Assembly (NCBI RefSeq): GCF_000803625.1
Contig: NZ_CP007496.1
Span: 540,001 to 572,000 of the forward strand
DNA length: 32,000 nucleotides
Direction: 5' to 3'
Source of the DNA: Candidatus Nanosynbacter lyticus
GTDB lineage: Bacteria; Patescibacteriota; Saccharimonadia; Saccharimonadales; Saccharimonadaceae
Under the pieces are notes generated by a model. The model had not been told where the DNA came from. It ran no database searches and was given only the letters and a program-made list of their open reading frames with translations. Both the position numbers and the translations under genes were made by a program. Shown one piece after another: positions 9,439-17,546 of the stretch; position 1 is the first letter of the stretch; each line of letters opens with the position of its first letter.

Positions 9439-9447
9439 ATTATATCA
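9439..9447 (-). promoter_or_regulatory. Extended -10 TGATATAAT, 7 nt before the pyk ATG (leaderless)
   Basis: Reverse strand TGATATAATTTTAAAAATG. Confidence 0.6.
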
Positions 9448-9551
9448 CGAAATAGCGGTGATGTGAAATGCTTGGCACACTCATGCATAGCCAAAAAATC
9501 AACAAATAAAAAATCGCTAGACAGGCGATAGTTCAAATTATTACTCTTAAT

Positions 9552-9626
9552 TGGTGACCTTACCGGGAATCGAACCCGGATTGCCAGGATGAAAACCTGG
9601 TGTCCTAACCGTTAGACGATAAGGCC
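9552..9626 (-). tRNA. tRNA-Glu(TTC), CCA encoded
   Basis: Cloverleaf: acceptor GGCCTTA/TAAGGTC, anticodon arm CCAGG-TTTTCAT-CCTGG, T-arm CCGGG-TTCGATT-CCCGG. Upstream TAGACA-17-TATGAT. Confidence 0.95.
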
Positions 9627-9754
9627 ACGACTTCAGATATCATAGCAAATTATTGTAAAAATGTCTATAGTCAAGCGGACAGTTGTCGGTAATTCGCCCA
9701 GAGTCAGTCGCCCCGCTCTTATTGGATAGTGATGCTTTAATGTATAATAAGTCT

Positions 9755-9970
9755 ATGGTAAAACAGAAGAAGAAACGCAATAAAAAATATTCTGGCGCAG
9801 ACGCTACAGTTCAACGACCAAAAATAACACGTATCACAGCAGCAAATCGCTCCAAATTATCTCAATGGCTATTTGACCGAAAGAAGATTATTCGCATAAT
9901 TGGCATAACCTTGCTAATTGTCGCTGCAATTATAATTACTGTTTCTGGAATCGTCAGCCTATTTCGCTAA
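9755..9970 (+). CDS. Small basic protein (71 aa) with one C-terminal transmembrane helix
   Basis: MVKQKKKRNKKYSGADATVQRPKITRITAANRSKLSQWLFDRKKIIRIIGITLLIVAAIIITVSGIVSLFR; TATAAT at 9743-9748 lies 6 nt before this ATG, so the upstream ORF-track extension is unlikely. Confidence 0.65.
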   Translation: MVKQKKKRNKKYSGADATVQRPKITRITAANRSKLSQWLFDRKKIIRIIGITLLIVAAIIITVSGIVSLFR

Positions 9971-12126
9971 CGAACTGGCAGCTTAAATCCGAAGGTACTA
10001 CCCTTTCCTTCTTCTGATTCAAAAATCATTTCCCCATCGTGCGACAAAATGACTTTCTTCGCCAAGAATAACCCGACGCCCGTACCATCGGGCCGTCGTT
10101 TTTTAGCATTAGTGCCACGGAAAAACTTGCCAAATAGATTTGCCTGCTCCGACTTTGGCACACCAATTCCCGAGTCCTTTACTGAAAACTCAATCATTTT
10201 ACCACTACTCTTTAAAGTAATCACCACCTTTTTGTGTGGGTTTGAATAATAAATAGCATTGTCAATCATATTCAGCATAACTTGGCGAATCTTCTCAGAA
10301 TCAAACGCTAGCGAAGGTATCTTTTTATCAATCTTTAAGACCATCTCGACCGAGCGCTGATCTGCCACAACCTTAAGTAATGAGACTTCATCACGGAGAA
10401 TCTGTGCGATATCCACACTCTGTTTATCAATGGTAAACTTTCCAGTCTGAAGCCGCGACACATTAAGAAAGTCATTAATTAACCGCACCATTCGTTCACT
10501 AGAAGAAAATGCCTCTCTAAGAACCGCTCGCTGGGTTGGCGATATTTTCCCCAAATCTCCTTCCAGCATCATATCCAAGTAACCTTTAATGCTAGTCAGT
10601 GGCGTTCTTAACTGATGTGAAGCCATAGAAATAAACTCATTTTTCGCCTCATCCAGACGCTGCAGCTGGCGGTTACTAAACCTCAGCTCTTTTGTTGCCT
10701 CATCAATTCTACGCTGCAAACTTTTATTTAGCTCATTTATTTCTTCCATTGAAAGAGAGTTGCGTATTGACACGGCCAGCTCACCAGAAATTGATTCCAA
10801 CATTTCAATATCCCGAGAGCTATAACCCAAGCTCTTATGCTCCCCTAAAAATAAAATTCCTGTTTCTTGATTTTGATGTAAAAGAGGTATGACAATTTTT
10901 GTACGATGAATATCTAAGAGTTTTTTTAGCTCTGGGTCCTTAACTTGATTCGCTAATATAACCTCTGGAAAACTGCAATTTTTATAGTAATAGTCCATAA
11001 TCCTACGCACGTCCTCCTCGACAACCGACAAGCGCCGCCGACCAGTTCGACCATAAATTCCCTTTTCTGGAATACAAAACGCCACTTTCTCCGCTTTCAA
11101 TGAACTTGCTATATAATTGCCGACCCGCCGCGTCAGCAATTGTAGGTCCACCGTGTAAGTTAATATCTTACTAATCTCGCGCGCAAAAGTATCAGCGTCA
11201 TACTCACCATAATAAAAAACCCTATCCGTCAACTTATTAAAGAACCTCTTAATGGGCTGATATAAGAACGCCAAAAGTATAGCTAGAACCATGTTCATGA
11301 AATTCAAACGACTATCAATTGTCAAGGTCCGCTGGAAAATAACAATCGAAATCACATAAGCAGAGATTATGTAAACGACAGCTAGCGCGATTAGCAGTAG
11401 CATGTATGAAACACTGCGAGCCACTGCCGTTTTTACGTCCATTAATCTATATTTTACGATGCTATACATAATTGCAAACAGAAAGAGGATAATTGCCACC
11501 GGTCCAACCCACACGTATCTATAATCGCCAAGAGCTGGCAACAATAAGTCAACTACAAACCCCGGAATACTAGATACCAACAAGCCAGTCATGTAAATGG
11601 CCACCTGCTTACGGCGAATAGTATCAGACTTCCGCCACGCCACATAACCAAACCACATAACAACTAAGAAAAATACTGAGAAAAAAGTAGCAAAAACTAT
11701 ATAATTGACAGCATTAATAGGAATTTGTGAAAAATCTACTGGTGTCGTAATCTCTGATGCGTTAATAATAAACTCAGGCGCCAAAATAATATATATAGAC
11801 AATACTATAAATAACGAACTAGATATAAAGATAAAACTCCTTACGGACTTCGTTAGGGGAAGAAATGACTTAGCGGTAAAGATAGCCAACGCTGGACAGA
11901 AAACCGCCGAAGCAACATAAAACCACCGCGAAGCAATGTCTAGTGCTGCTCCATTATCCGCCAAAGAAAACATCTCTAGTCCAGCCGACCACACAGCCAA
12001 GCATAAACAGACTAAGAAAAACCACTGTTTAGTATCGTAATGGCGTTTAGATTTTTTAAGCACTAGCATGCCTAAAATTAGCGCCATTAGCGCAACCATA
12101 CCCAGTACTAATGCTCGAGACATCAT
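9967..12126 (-). CDS. Membrane histidine kinase: N-terminal 7TM region, GAF-like linker, HisKA and HATPase domains
   Basis: Multiple hydrophobic helices in the N-terminal third; H-box FISMASHQLRTPLTSIKGYL; N-box NMIDNAIYYS; G boxes DSGIGVP and GTGVGLFLAKKVI. Confidence 0.92.
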   Translation of the reverse strand: MMSRALVLGMVALMALILGMLVLKKSKRHYDTKQWFFLVCLCLAVWSAGLEMFSLADNGAALDIASRWFYVASAVFCPALAIFTAKSFLPLTKSVRSFIFISSSLFIVLSIYIILAPEFIINASEITTPVDFSQIPINAVNYIVFATFFSVFFLVVMWFGYVAWRKSDTIRRKQVAIYMTGLLVSSIPGFVVDLLLPALGDYRYVWVGPVAIILFLFAIMYSIVKYRLMDVKTAVARSVSYMLLLIALAVVYIISAYVISIVIFQRTLTIDSRLNFMNMVLAILLAFLYQPIKRFFNKLTDRVFYYGEYDADTFAREISKILTYTVDLQLLTRRVGNYIASSLKAEKVAFCIPEKGIYGRTGRRRLSVVEEDVRRIMDYYYKNCSFPEVILANQVKDPELKKLLDIHRTKIVIPLLHQNQETGILFLGEHKSLGYSSRDIEMLESISGELAVSIRNSLSMEEINELNKSLQRRIDEATKELRFSNRQLQRLDEAKNEFISMASHQLRTPLTSIKGYLDMMLEGDLGKISPTQRAVLREAFSSSERMVRLINDFLNVSRLQTGKFTIDKQSVDIAQILRDEVSLLKVVADQRSVEMVLKIDKKIPSLAFDSEKIRQVMLNMIDNAIYYSNPHKKVVITLKSSGKMIEFSVKDSGIGVPKSEQANLFGKFFRGTNAKKRRPDGTGVGLFLAKKVILSHDGEMIFESEEGKGSTFGFKLPVR

Positions 12127-12137
12127 GCTAATGCTTA

Positions 12138-13499
12138 TTATAGCATTTTATCTGGTTTTTCAACCGCAAAAACCGAGTAAACACTACTTGCGGTAATATT
12201 TGCGGTAATATTATCCTTTGATACACCAGCCGCTTGAAGCAATTTAAGACTTCTGGCAATTGGACGCATGATTACGTTTGGAGTCCAACCCATTAAACCA
12301 TGGAGAAAATCTTTTTGCGGACGATTTGCATTCATATTGCCGGTAATCATTAGACCGCCATCTCGCAAGAATCCCCAAGATTCCTCCGTTAATTTTTTAT
12401 GCACCATATCAGGAAGATATTCGCGCAAGCCAGAATCCTCCATGACATCTACTTGCCGACCTTTTAAAACTTTCTTCAGACCCAACGGACGCCCAAACTT
12501 ACTAAAAAGCCTATGGCAATGAATCTCCACGTTATTTTCCAGTCCCATTTTCTTTGCTAGATTCTGCGCTGCCGCTAAAGCCAGCGGATCTTGATCAATC
12601 AAAATAGCCGTTGGAGCCTGGCCAGTTTTTTCTTTTAGTTCTTTTAGCATCTCTAGGGTCGGCAGTCCGGTTCCGCAACCAAAGCTCATGACTAGCATAT
12701 CGTCAATTGACCGATTCTCATTTTGCATATCAATATCCAATATGTGATCAATGGTTATTTTTTTCACCAAATCTCCCCGCTCACGGATACCCAGCGAATC
12801 CATGCAATATTTAATAACCTCAGCAAATTTTGGCGTCACCGGCGCTTTGATAAATTCGCGAACATTATTGATTCTCTCATCTACCGCTCGTGCTGCTTCT
12901 TGTTGAGTTTTATCGTGATTTGCCACTTCGGCTTCAATCATCATGTATCTCAACGGAACACCGTCAATCTTTTCGTCAAATAACGATTCGCCTACTGGAC
13001 CGCTCATTGTTGGATATCTGCCCGGAAAGGCCAACTTGCCACCCTCTATAACCGCCAAAGAAAATGCCGGCCCAATTGATAAGAACGTTGAAGCTGAGCC
13101 CCGTTGCTTATGCCACGGCTGAGAGTTAGTCTCTTTCTCACCGTACAGCAACTCATCACGGTAAGTTTCTAAGAAGTCATCAAGTTCTTTATTCCAACGA
13201 CCCGCCAATTTACTTATAAAAGGAATTTTACTCACAACAGCAACTGCAGCCCTACCCATATTACTGCGAATAAACCTATTTCGCACTTCTCTTAATTCTC
13301 TTCCGCCTCTTTCCAGATAGCTATATACTTTTTCAATCTTCTCTGGATTATCATATGCAGGATCGTTCTTTTCGCCCACCCGAACCTCATATCCTTGAGC
13401 TCTGAGGTCTGCAATTTCTCCATTTAATTTTTTATTAGCTTCGAAGTCAAACCCATCAACAAACTCGCGACCGCCACAATTATTCCCAAATTTTTCCAT
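12138..13499 (-). CDS. Class I SAM-dependent methyltransferase-like protein (453 aa)
   Basis: MSFGCGTGLPTLEMLKEL followed by an acidic beta2 end (ILIDQD) and N-P-like later motifs. The N-terminal ~200 aa have no recognised domain. Confidence 0.65.
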   Translation of the reverse strand: MEKFGNNCGGREFVDGFDFEANKKLNGEIADLRAQGYEVRVGEKNDPAYDNPEKIEKVYSYLERGGRELREVRNRFIRSNMGRAAVAVVSKIPFISKLAGRWNKELDDFLETYRDELLYGEKETNSQPWHKQRGSASTFLSIGPAFSLAVIEGGKLAFPGRYPTMSGPVGESLFDEKIDGVPLRYMMIEAEVANHDKTQQEAARAVDERINNVREFIKAPVTPKFAEVIKYCMDSLGIRERGDLVKKITIDHILDIDMQNENRSIDDMLVMSFGCGTGLPTLEMLKELKEKTGQAPTAILIDQDPLALAAAQNLAKKMGLENNVEIHCHRLFSKFGRPLGLKKVLKGRQVDVMEDSGLREYLPDMVHKKLTEESWGFLRDGGLMITGNMNANRPQKDFLHGLMGWTPNVIMRPIARSLKLLQAAGVSKDNITANITASSVYSVFAVEKPDKML

Positions 13500-13506
13500 G
13501 TCAAAA

Positions 13507-13515
13507 ATTATACCA
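13507..13515 (-). promoter_or_regulatory. Extended -10 TGGTATAAT, 7 nt before the ATG at 13499
   Basis: Reverse strand TGGTATAATTTTTGACATG. Confidence 0.6.
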
Positions 13516-13524
13516 TAATTATTA

Positions 13525-13533
13525 TGCTATACT
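13525..13533 (+). promoter_or_regulatory. Extended -10 TGCTATACT, 6 nt before the ATG at 13540
   Basis: TGCTATACTTAGAGCATG. Confidence 0.6.
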
Positions 13534-13539
13534 TAGAGC

Positions 13540-13914
13540 ATGATAAAAATTGCCATCATTGAAGACGACCCAACCATCAGCCAGATGTACCGAATGAAAT
13601 TTGAGTCAGATGGATTTGAAGTCCGCCTGGCGGCCAACGGCCAGATTGGTATAGAAGTTGTCGAAAAATTCCAACCAGATATCATTCTACTGGATTTACA
13701 AATGCCAGAGATGGATGGCACAGAAGCCTTAAAACACATTAGGTCTAAGGATTGGGGGAAAACTATTCCCGTTATTGTCCTGACTAATTTAGGCGAAGAA
13801 GAGGCGCCGCGCGAATTGAAAAAACTAGGCATACACAGCTATATCGTAAAAGCCAACCTTACACCGCGCCAAGTCGCTGAGCAAGTTAAATCTGCTATAA
13901 AGACTACTTCCTAA
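13540..13914 (+). CDS. Stand-alone response regulator receiver domain (CheY-like)
   Basis: IAIIEDDPTISQMY, ILLDLQMPEMDG, PVIVLTNL, YIVKANLTP; no output domain in 124 aa. Confidence 0.93.
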   Translation: MIKIAIIEDDPTISQMYRMKFESDGFEVRLAANGQIGIEVVEKFQPDIILLDLQMPEMDGTEALKHIRSKDWGKTIPVIVLTNLGEEEAPRELKKLGIHSYIVKANLTPRQVAEQVKSAIKTTS

Positions 13915-14723
13915 TCTTTAGCCTGATTAGCAATCTTTAAACACGCCGTAATTAAATTATCAAACAGAGCCGATACCGTCAGCGGACCAACGCCACCTTT
14001 TTTCGGAGTTATTAAAATATCTTCACGCAGTCGCACTTCATCCGACACATCACCCACTATTTTCCCATCTTCCGAAGCCGTTCCCGCATCAACAACCACC
14101 GCTTTTGGCTTAACCATCCGATCAGTGATTAAACCCGGAACACCAGTCGCCGACACAACAACGTCATAGTTAATCAACTGCGATAAATCATCTCCTTTTT
14201 CAAACACCGTAGCGTCAATACCAGATTTCAGCCACATCTTCTCTAAAGGAGCCCCGACCAGACGACCTCGCCCAATAATCGCAATTTTTTTGCCCTTAAG
14301 ATCAATACCATAGCCAGCCAACAGCCAATTAATAGCTGTCGGTGTGGCCGCCTGAAAATCCGTCCGCTGACGCAGACCATCAACATCTTTATCTATCCGA
14401 ATACTCTCCAGCAATTCCTCAGTTTGTCGAGGATTACTAATTGGTAGCTGTAAAATTATCCCCTGAACGTCATCACGATTATTTAGCGCGTTAATCACAC
14501 CTAAAACCTGGCCCGCCTCCGCCCGATGGATCTCCACATCAATCAAAATATCCGCACCGTATCGCTGCTTCAAACGCATGTAAGTTTCAATAACGGGATT
14601 CTCAGTGTCCGTCACAATTGCCAGGCGCGGTTGAATATGCCAAGCTTGCCTCAGAGCACGAACCTGCTTTGCTTGCCGCTCCTTAATAAAGCCGGCTAAT
14701 TCTGAACCATTTAGCTCTTTCAT
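13911..14723 (-). CDS. folD: Bifunctional methylenetetrahydrofolate dehydrogenase/cyclohydrolase
   Basis: Conserved TYMRLK, GIILQLPI, IDKDVDGL, GRGRLVGAPLEKM, VDAGTA, GDV, TPKKGGVGPLTVSALFDN. ORF track starts at 14783, but the ATG at 14723 is 7 nt after TGCTATACT. Confidence 0.9.
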   Translation of the reverse strand: MKELNGSELAGFIKERQAKQVRALRQAWHIQPRLAIVTDTENPVIETYMRLKQRYGADILIDVEIHRAEAGQVLGVINALNNRDDVQGIILQLPISNPRQTEELLESIRIDKDVDGLRQRTDFQAATPTAINWLLAGYGIDLKGKKIAIIGRGRLVGAPLEKMWLKSGIDATVFEKGDDLSQLINYDVVVSATGVPGLITDRMVKPKAVVVDAGTASEDGKIVGDVSDEVRLREDILITPKKGGVGPLTVSALFDNLITACLKIANQAKD

Positions 14724-14730
14724 TAGCTTA

Positions 14731-14739
14731 AGTATAGCA
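14731..14739 (-). promoter_or_regulatory. Extended -10 TGCTATACT for folD, 7 nt from its ATG
   Basis: Reverse strand TGCTATACTTAAGCTAATG. Confidence 0.6.
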
Positions 14740-14750
14740 ATTTTACTATC

Positions 14751-14779
14751 TTGAGTACAGATATAGTATGTGCTATAAT
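14751..14779 (+). promoter_or_regulatory. tRNA-His promoter: TTGAGT-17-TATAAT with extended TG
   Basis: TTGAGT at 14751-14756, TGCTATAAT at 14771-14779, tRNA begins at 14798. Confidence 0.7.
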
Positions 14780-14797
14780 TCAAAAAGCTTGGTCTAT

Positions 14798-14876
14798 GGC
14801 GGATGTAGCTCAGTTTGGTTAGAGCGCTGGATTGTGGCTCCGGAGGCCGTGGGTTCGAACCCCATCATTCGCCCCA
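14798..14876 (+). tRNA. tRNA-His(GTG), with G-1:C73 and encoded CCA
   Basis: Anticodon arm CTGGA-TTGTGGC-TCCGG; acceptor GCGGATG/CATTCGC with an extra 5' G opposite C73. Confidence 0.96.
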
Positions 14877-14926
14877 AGTCTTACAGCAATTTGCTAGTAC
14901 CAAAAATTATTTTTACGGTAAAATAG

Positions 14927-14954
14927 TAGACATTTTTATCGATTGTTGTATAAT
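14927..14954 (+). promoter_or_regulatory. tRNA-Lys promoter: TAGACA-16-TATAAT
   Basis: TAGACA 14927-14932, TATAAT 14949-14954. Confidence 0.6.
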
Positions 14955-14962
14955 GAAATCGT

Positions 14963-15039
14963 GGGCCAGTAGCTCAGCTGGTTAGAGCACCTGCCTCTTA
15001 AGCAGGGTGTCGAGGGTTCGAGCCCCTCCTGGCCCTCCA
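14963..15039 (+). tRNA. tRNA-Lys(CTT), CCA encoded
   Basis: Acceptor GGGCCAG/CTGGCCC; anticodon arm CCTGC-CTCTTAA-GCAGG. Confidence 0.95.
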
Positions 15040-15073
15040 AAAAAATAGCCTCACACGGAGTGAGGATTTTTTT
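15039..15073. terminator. Bidirectional Rho-independent terminator between tRNA-Lys and the 15076-15489 CDS
   Basis: CCTCAC-acgga-GTGAGG hairpin (15049-15065) with an A7 tract to the left and T7 to the right. Confidence 0.85.
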
Positions 15074-15075
15074 AT

Positions 15076-15489
15076 TTAGCTAAATGGATTATACCCACGA
15101 GAAGGCGGCTCACGAAAAACTGTCTGCGAACTTGCTGCATTAAATGATTGGCGAGAATTTGCCAAAGATCCGCCGCCACCCCTTCCCAAAGCAGTACTAT
15201 TAATCTGACGATTTCCGCCAGCTAGACTTGGACTACTATTATTCGCGCCGACTCCAGATGTCGCCCCTATTTCTGCACCAACCCGTCTTACTCCAGCCGA
15301 ACTATTAGCCACCATAGAGGTTCGGTAGCTTTTGACATATTGCCGCTCCGAAATCGTTTGGCGGCGATTAACTTTTAAGCTCCGCTCCGTCAAACCATAC
15401 GCTTTAGGTCCATCAATCGACCCATTCCTGGGACCAGATAATCTCATCATCATTTCCCGCGTCATCTGCGGTTTCCAATTTGCGTCCAT
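15076..15489 (-). CDS. Hypothetical Ser/Asn/Gly-rich basic protein (137 aa)
   Basis: Complete ORF with an upstream GGGGG element and its own terminator; no recognised domain. Confidence 0.55.
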   Translation of the reverse strand: MDANWKPQMTREMMMRLSGPRNGSIDGPKAYGLTERSLKVNRRQTISERQYVKSYRTSMVANSSAGVRRVGAEIGATSGVGANNSSPSLAGGNRQINSTALGRGGGGSLANSRQSFNAASSQTVFREPPSRGYNPFS

Positions 15490-15512
15490 ATACCCCCTAT
15501 TGTTATATGAAA

Positions 15513-15589
15513 TGGCGCCCCGAGTAGGATTCGAACCTACGACCTTAGGCTTAGAAGTCCTCTGCTCTATCCAGCTGAGCTATCAGGGC
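15513..15589 (-). tRNA. tRNA-Arg(TCT), CCA encoded, with an unusual anticodon stem
   Basis: Acceptor GCCCTGA/TCGGGGC, T-arm GTAGG-TTCGAAT-CCTAC, anticodon loop CTTCTAA; stem GAGGA/GCCTA has A.G at both ends. Confidence 0.88.
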
Positions 15590-15597
15590 GTATTCAC

Positions 15598-15606
15598 ATT
15601 ATATCA
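15598..15606 (-). promoter_or_regulatory. Extended -10 TGATATAAT for tRNA-Arg(TCT)
   Basis: 8 nt upstream of the tRNA 5' end on the reverse strand. Confidence 0.55.
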
Positions 15607-15612
15607 TCTTTC

Positions 15613-15621
15613 TGCTATAAT
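15613..15621 (+). promoter_or_regulatory. Extended -10 TGCTATAAT for tRNA-Gly (TTCACA at 15593-15598, 17-bp spacer)
   Basis: TTCACA-17-TATAAT, tRNA starts at 15633. Confidence 0.6.
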
Positions 15622-15632
15622 CATACAAGCTT

Positions 15633-15707
15633 GCGGGTGTAGTACAGCGGTTAGTATGCAAGTTTTCCAAACTTGAGATCGGAGTTCGATTCTCCGCACC
15701 CGCACCA
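15633..15707 (+). tRNA. tRNA-Gly(TCC), CCA encoded
   Basis: Acceptor GCGGGTG/CACCCGC; anticodon arm CAAGT-TTTCCAA-ACTTG; T-arm CGGAG-TTCGATT-CTCCG. Confidence 0.95.
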
Positions 15708-15740
15708 ATTTTAAGATAATTCCCATCCATAAAGGGCATC

Positions 15741-17546
15741 ATGGATCCATATTTTTACACAGAAAAACCAAAATACCAACTACAAGACATCGAAGATGCC
15801 TCTGAATTTTATGACATCATTGAACGTAGTAGCTTGACTCATCAGCTGTCTAGCTCCAGACCGTATATCTACTGGACGATGGAAATTTACGACAAAGCCA
15901 ACGGCATCAAAGGTGGTGGCGGCTTGGGCGTGCTGGCGGCGGACACACGGCGAGTGGCCGAAAAATTAGACGTGCCATTTGTGGTAGTGACGCCATTTTA
16001 CCGCAGTGAATCGCACCAAAAAATTACCAACCTAGAGCAGGAAGAATTTTCAGAAACTGTATCACCAAAAGACTATGGCTTTGAATACATCGACGAAGTG
16101 TCCATTAGTTCACGTGGGTTTCCTGATGCTAGTTTGAGTATTTTCAAAAAGGTACTCGGCTCAACGCAATTTATTACCATCTCAGAGCCAAACTTTGGGA
16201 AATTGTACGAAGGTGAAGGCTCGGGCGATCACCGACTTTACCAAGAAGTCGCGCTTGGATTTGGCGGCTATAAAGCGCTCAAGCTACTCGGCATCAAGCC
16301 AGCCGTCATCCAGCTCAACGAAACCGCAACAATATTTGCGGCACTGGCGCGACTGGACGAGCTATGTGCCAACGGCATGAACCTGTATGAAGCAATCGTC
16401 TACGTGCGCAAGCACACGCTCTATACCAACCACACCCTGCTACAGGCAGCTGAGCCAGAATTCCACCGCTCACAATTTGAAAAATTGGTACTGCCAAATC
16501 TCAAAAGCAACGCCGTGCGCTGCTGGCTGATGGAGCAATTTCGTAACGACCGCTTGCGACCGAATTTGCTGGCAATCGAACTGACCGAAGCCAAAAATGG
16601 TGTCAGTAAACTGCACGCACGAGTGGCGAATTTCCGCGACCGCAACAACGACAAGGTCAAATTTCACGCAATTACCAATGGCATCGACCTGGAGACATGG
16701 ACGCTACCAGAAACTCTTCAGACATATCACAATAACAATATCATAGATAAATTTGGCCTACCTACAGATGATTTTTCTCGGCAATTAAATCTCATCCACA
16801 GTGCCGATATAAGATATCTAAAAAAGCTGGGGCGTAAAGAGCTCAATCGAGTTTTATTAAAACGCCAGGATCAATACAACAAATCCATCCAGGTCCCAGA
16901 AAATGCAATATTATTCGACTTCAAGCGGCGATTCGCCAATTATAAACGACCCTACATGCCATTCGAAAACCCCAACGCACTACGGCAAATCCTAATCAAT
17001 CACAACGCGCACTACATACTGACAGGAAAAGTCCACCAGGGCGACGTAACTATGTACCAAAAACTATTAGAGGTCCTAAAGTTAATTGATCAAGATCCAG
17101 TTCTACGCGAAAGAGTTCATTACATACAAGATTATGATGAAGAATTAGGACGAGCCTTAGCAATCGGATCTGACATCGCCATAAATATACCTATTGTTGG
17201 ACTAGAGGCCTGCGGGACATCATGGGAAAAAGATATCGCTAACCTAAAAATACTTATTTCCACGAACGATGGCGGCGTAGCAGATATTCAACCAATTGCC
17301 TGCTTGGAAGTGTCTGGTAAAAATTATGAGGCTGAGGTCTTATCGCTATACGTTAATATGCATAAAGCTGCAGCCATAGTGAAAAATGATCAGCTGCTGG
17401 AAAAACATATACGTCACCAGTTAAATAATTACTTACCAATAATTTCTGGCGCCAGGATGATGAAGGATTATCTAAAATTTATATTTCCCAAAACACAAAC
17501 TCAGCCTAAAAAAGAGCCCTCTGTTAAGCGAATTGTTATTCAATAA
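15741..17546 (+). CDS. GT35-family alpha-glucan (glycogen/maltodextrin) phosphorylase, short and divergent
   Basis: GGGGLGVLAAD, LNETATIFA, YTNHTLLQAAEPEF, FKRRFANYKRP, LTGKVHQGD, PLP-lysine segment EACGTSWEK (family consensus EASGTxxMK) and NDGGVAD. Confidence 0.85.
   Translation: MDPYFYTEKPKYQLQDIEDASEFYDIIERSSLTHQLSSSRPYIYWTMEIYDKANGIKGGGGLGVLAADTRRVAEKLDVPFVVVTPFYRSESHQKITNLEQEEFSETVSPKDYGFEYIDEVSISSRGFPDASLSIFKKVLGSTQFITISEPNFGKLYEGEGSGDHRLYQEVALGFGGYKALKLLGIKPAVIQLNETATIFAALARLDELCANGMNLYEAIVYVRKHTLYTNHTLLQAAEPEFHRSQFEKLVLPNLKSNAVRCWLMEQFRNDRLRPNLLAIELTEAKNGVSKLHARVANFRDRNNDKVKFHAITNGIDLETWTLPETLQTYHNNNIIDKFGLPTDDFSRQLNLIHSADIRYLKKLGRKELNRVLLKRQDQYNKSIQVPENAILFDFKRRFANYKRPYMPFENPNALRQILINHNAHYILTGKVHQGDVTMYQKLLEVLKLIDQDPVLRERVHYIQDYDEELGRALAIGSDIAINIPIVGLEACGTSWEKDIANLKILISTNDGGVADIQPIACLEVSGKNYEAEVLSLYVNMHKAAAIVKNDQLLEKHIRHQLNNYLPIISGARMMKDYLKFIFPKTQTQPKKEPSVKRIVIQ

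Noticed and set aside
15039-15073. Hairpin near tRNA-Lys considered as a novel small RNA
   Set aside because: Short perfect stem with A/T tracts on both sides between convergent genes is fully explained as a bidirectional terminator.
17161-17290. Suspected loss of the catalytic PLP lysine in the phosphorylase
   Set aside because: Alignment by eye of EASGTSNMK with EACGTSWEK keeps the lysine position, so the enzyme is divergent rather than clearly dead.
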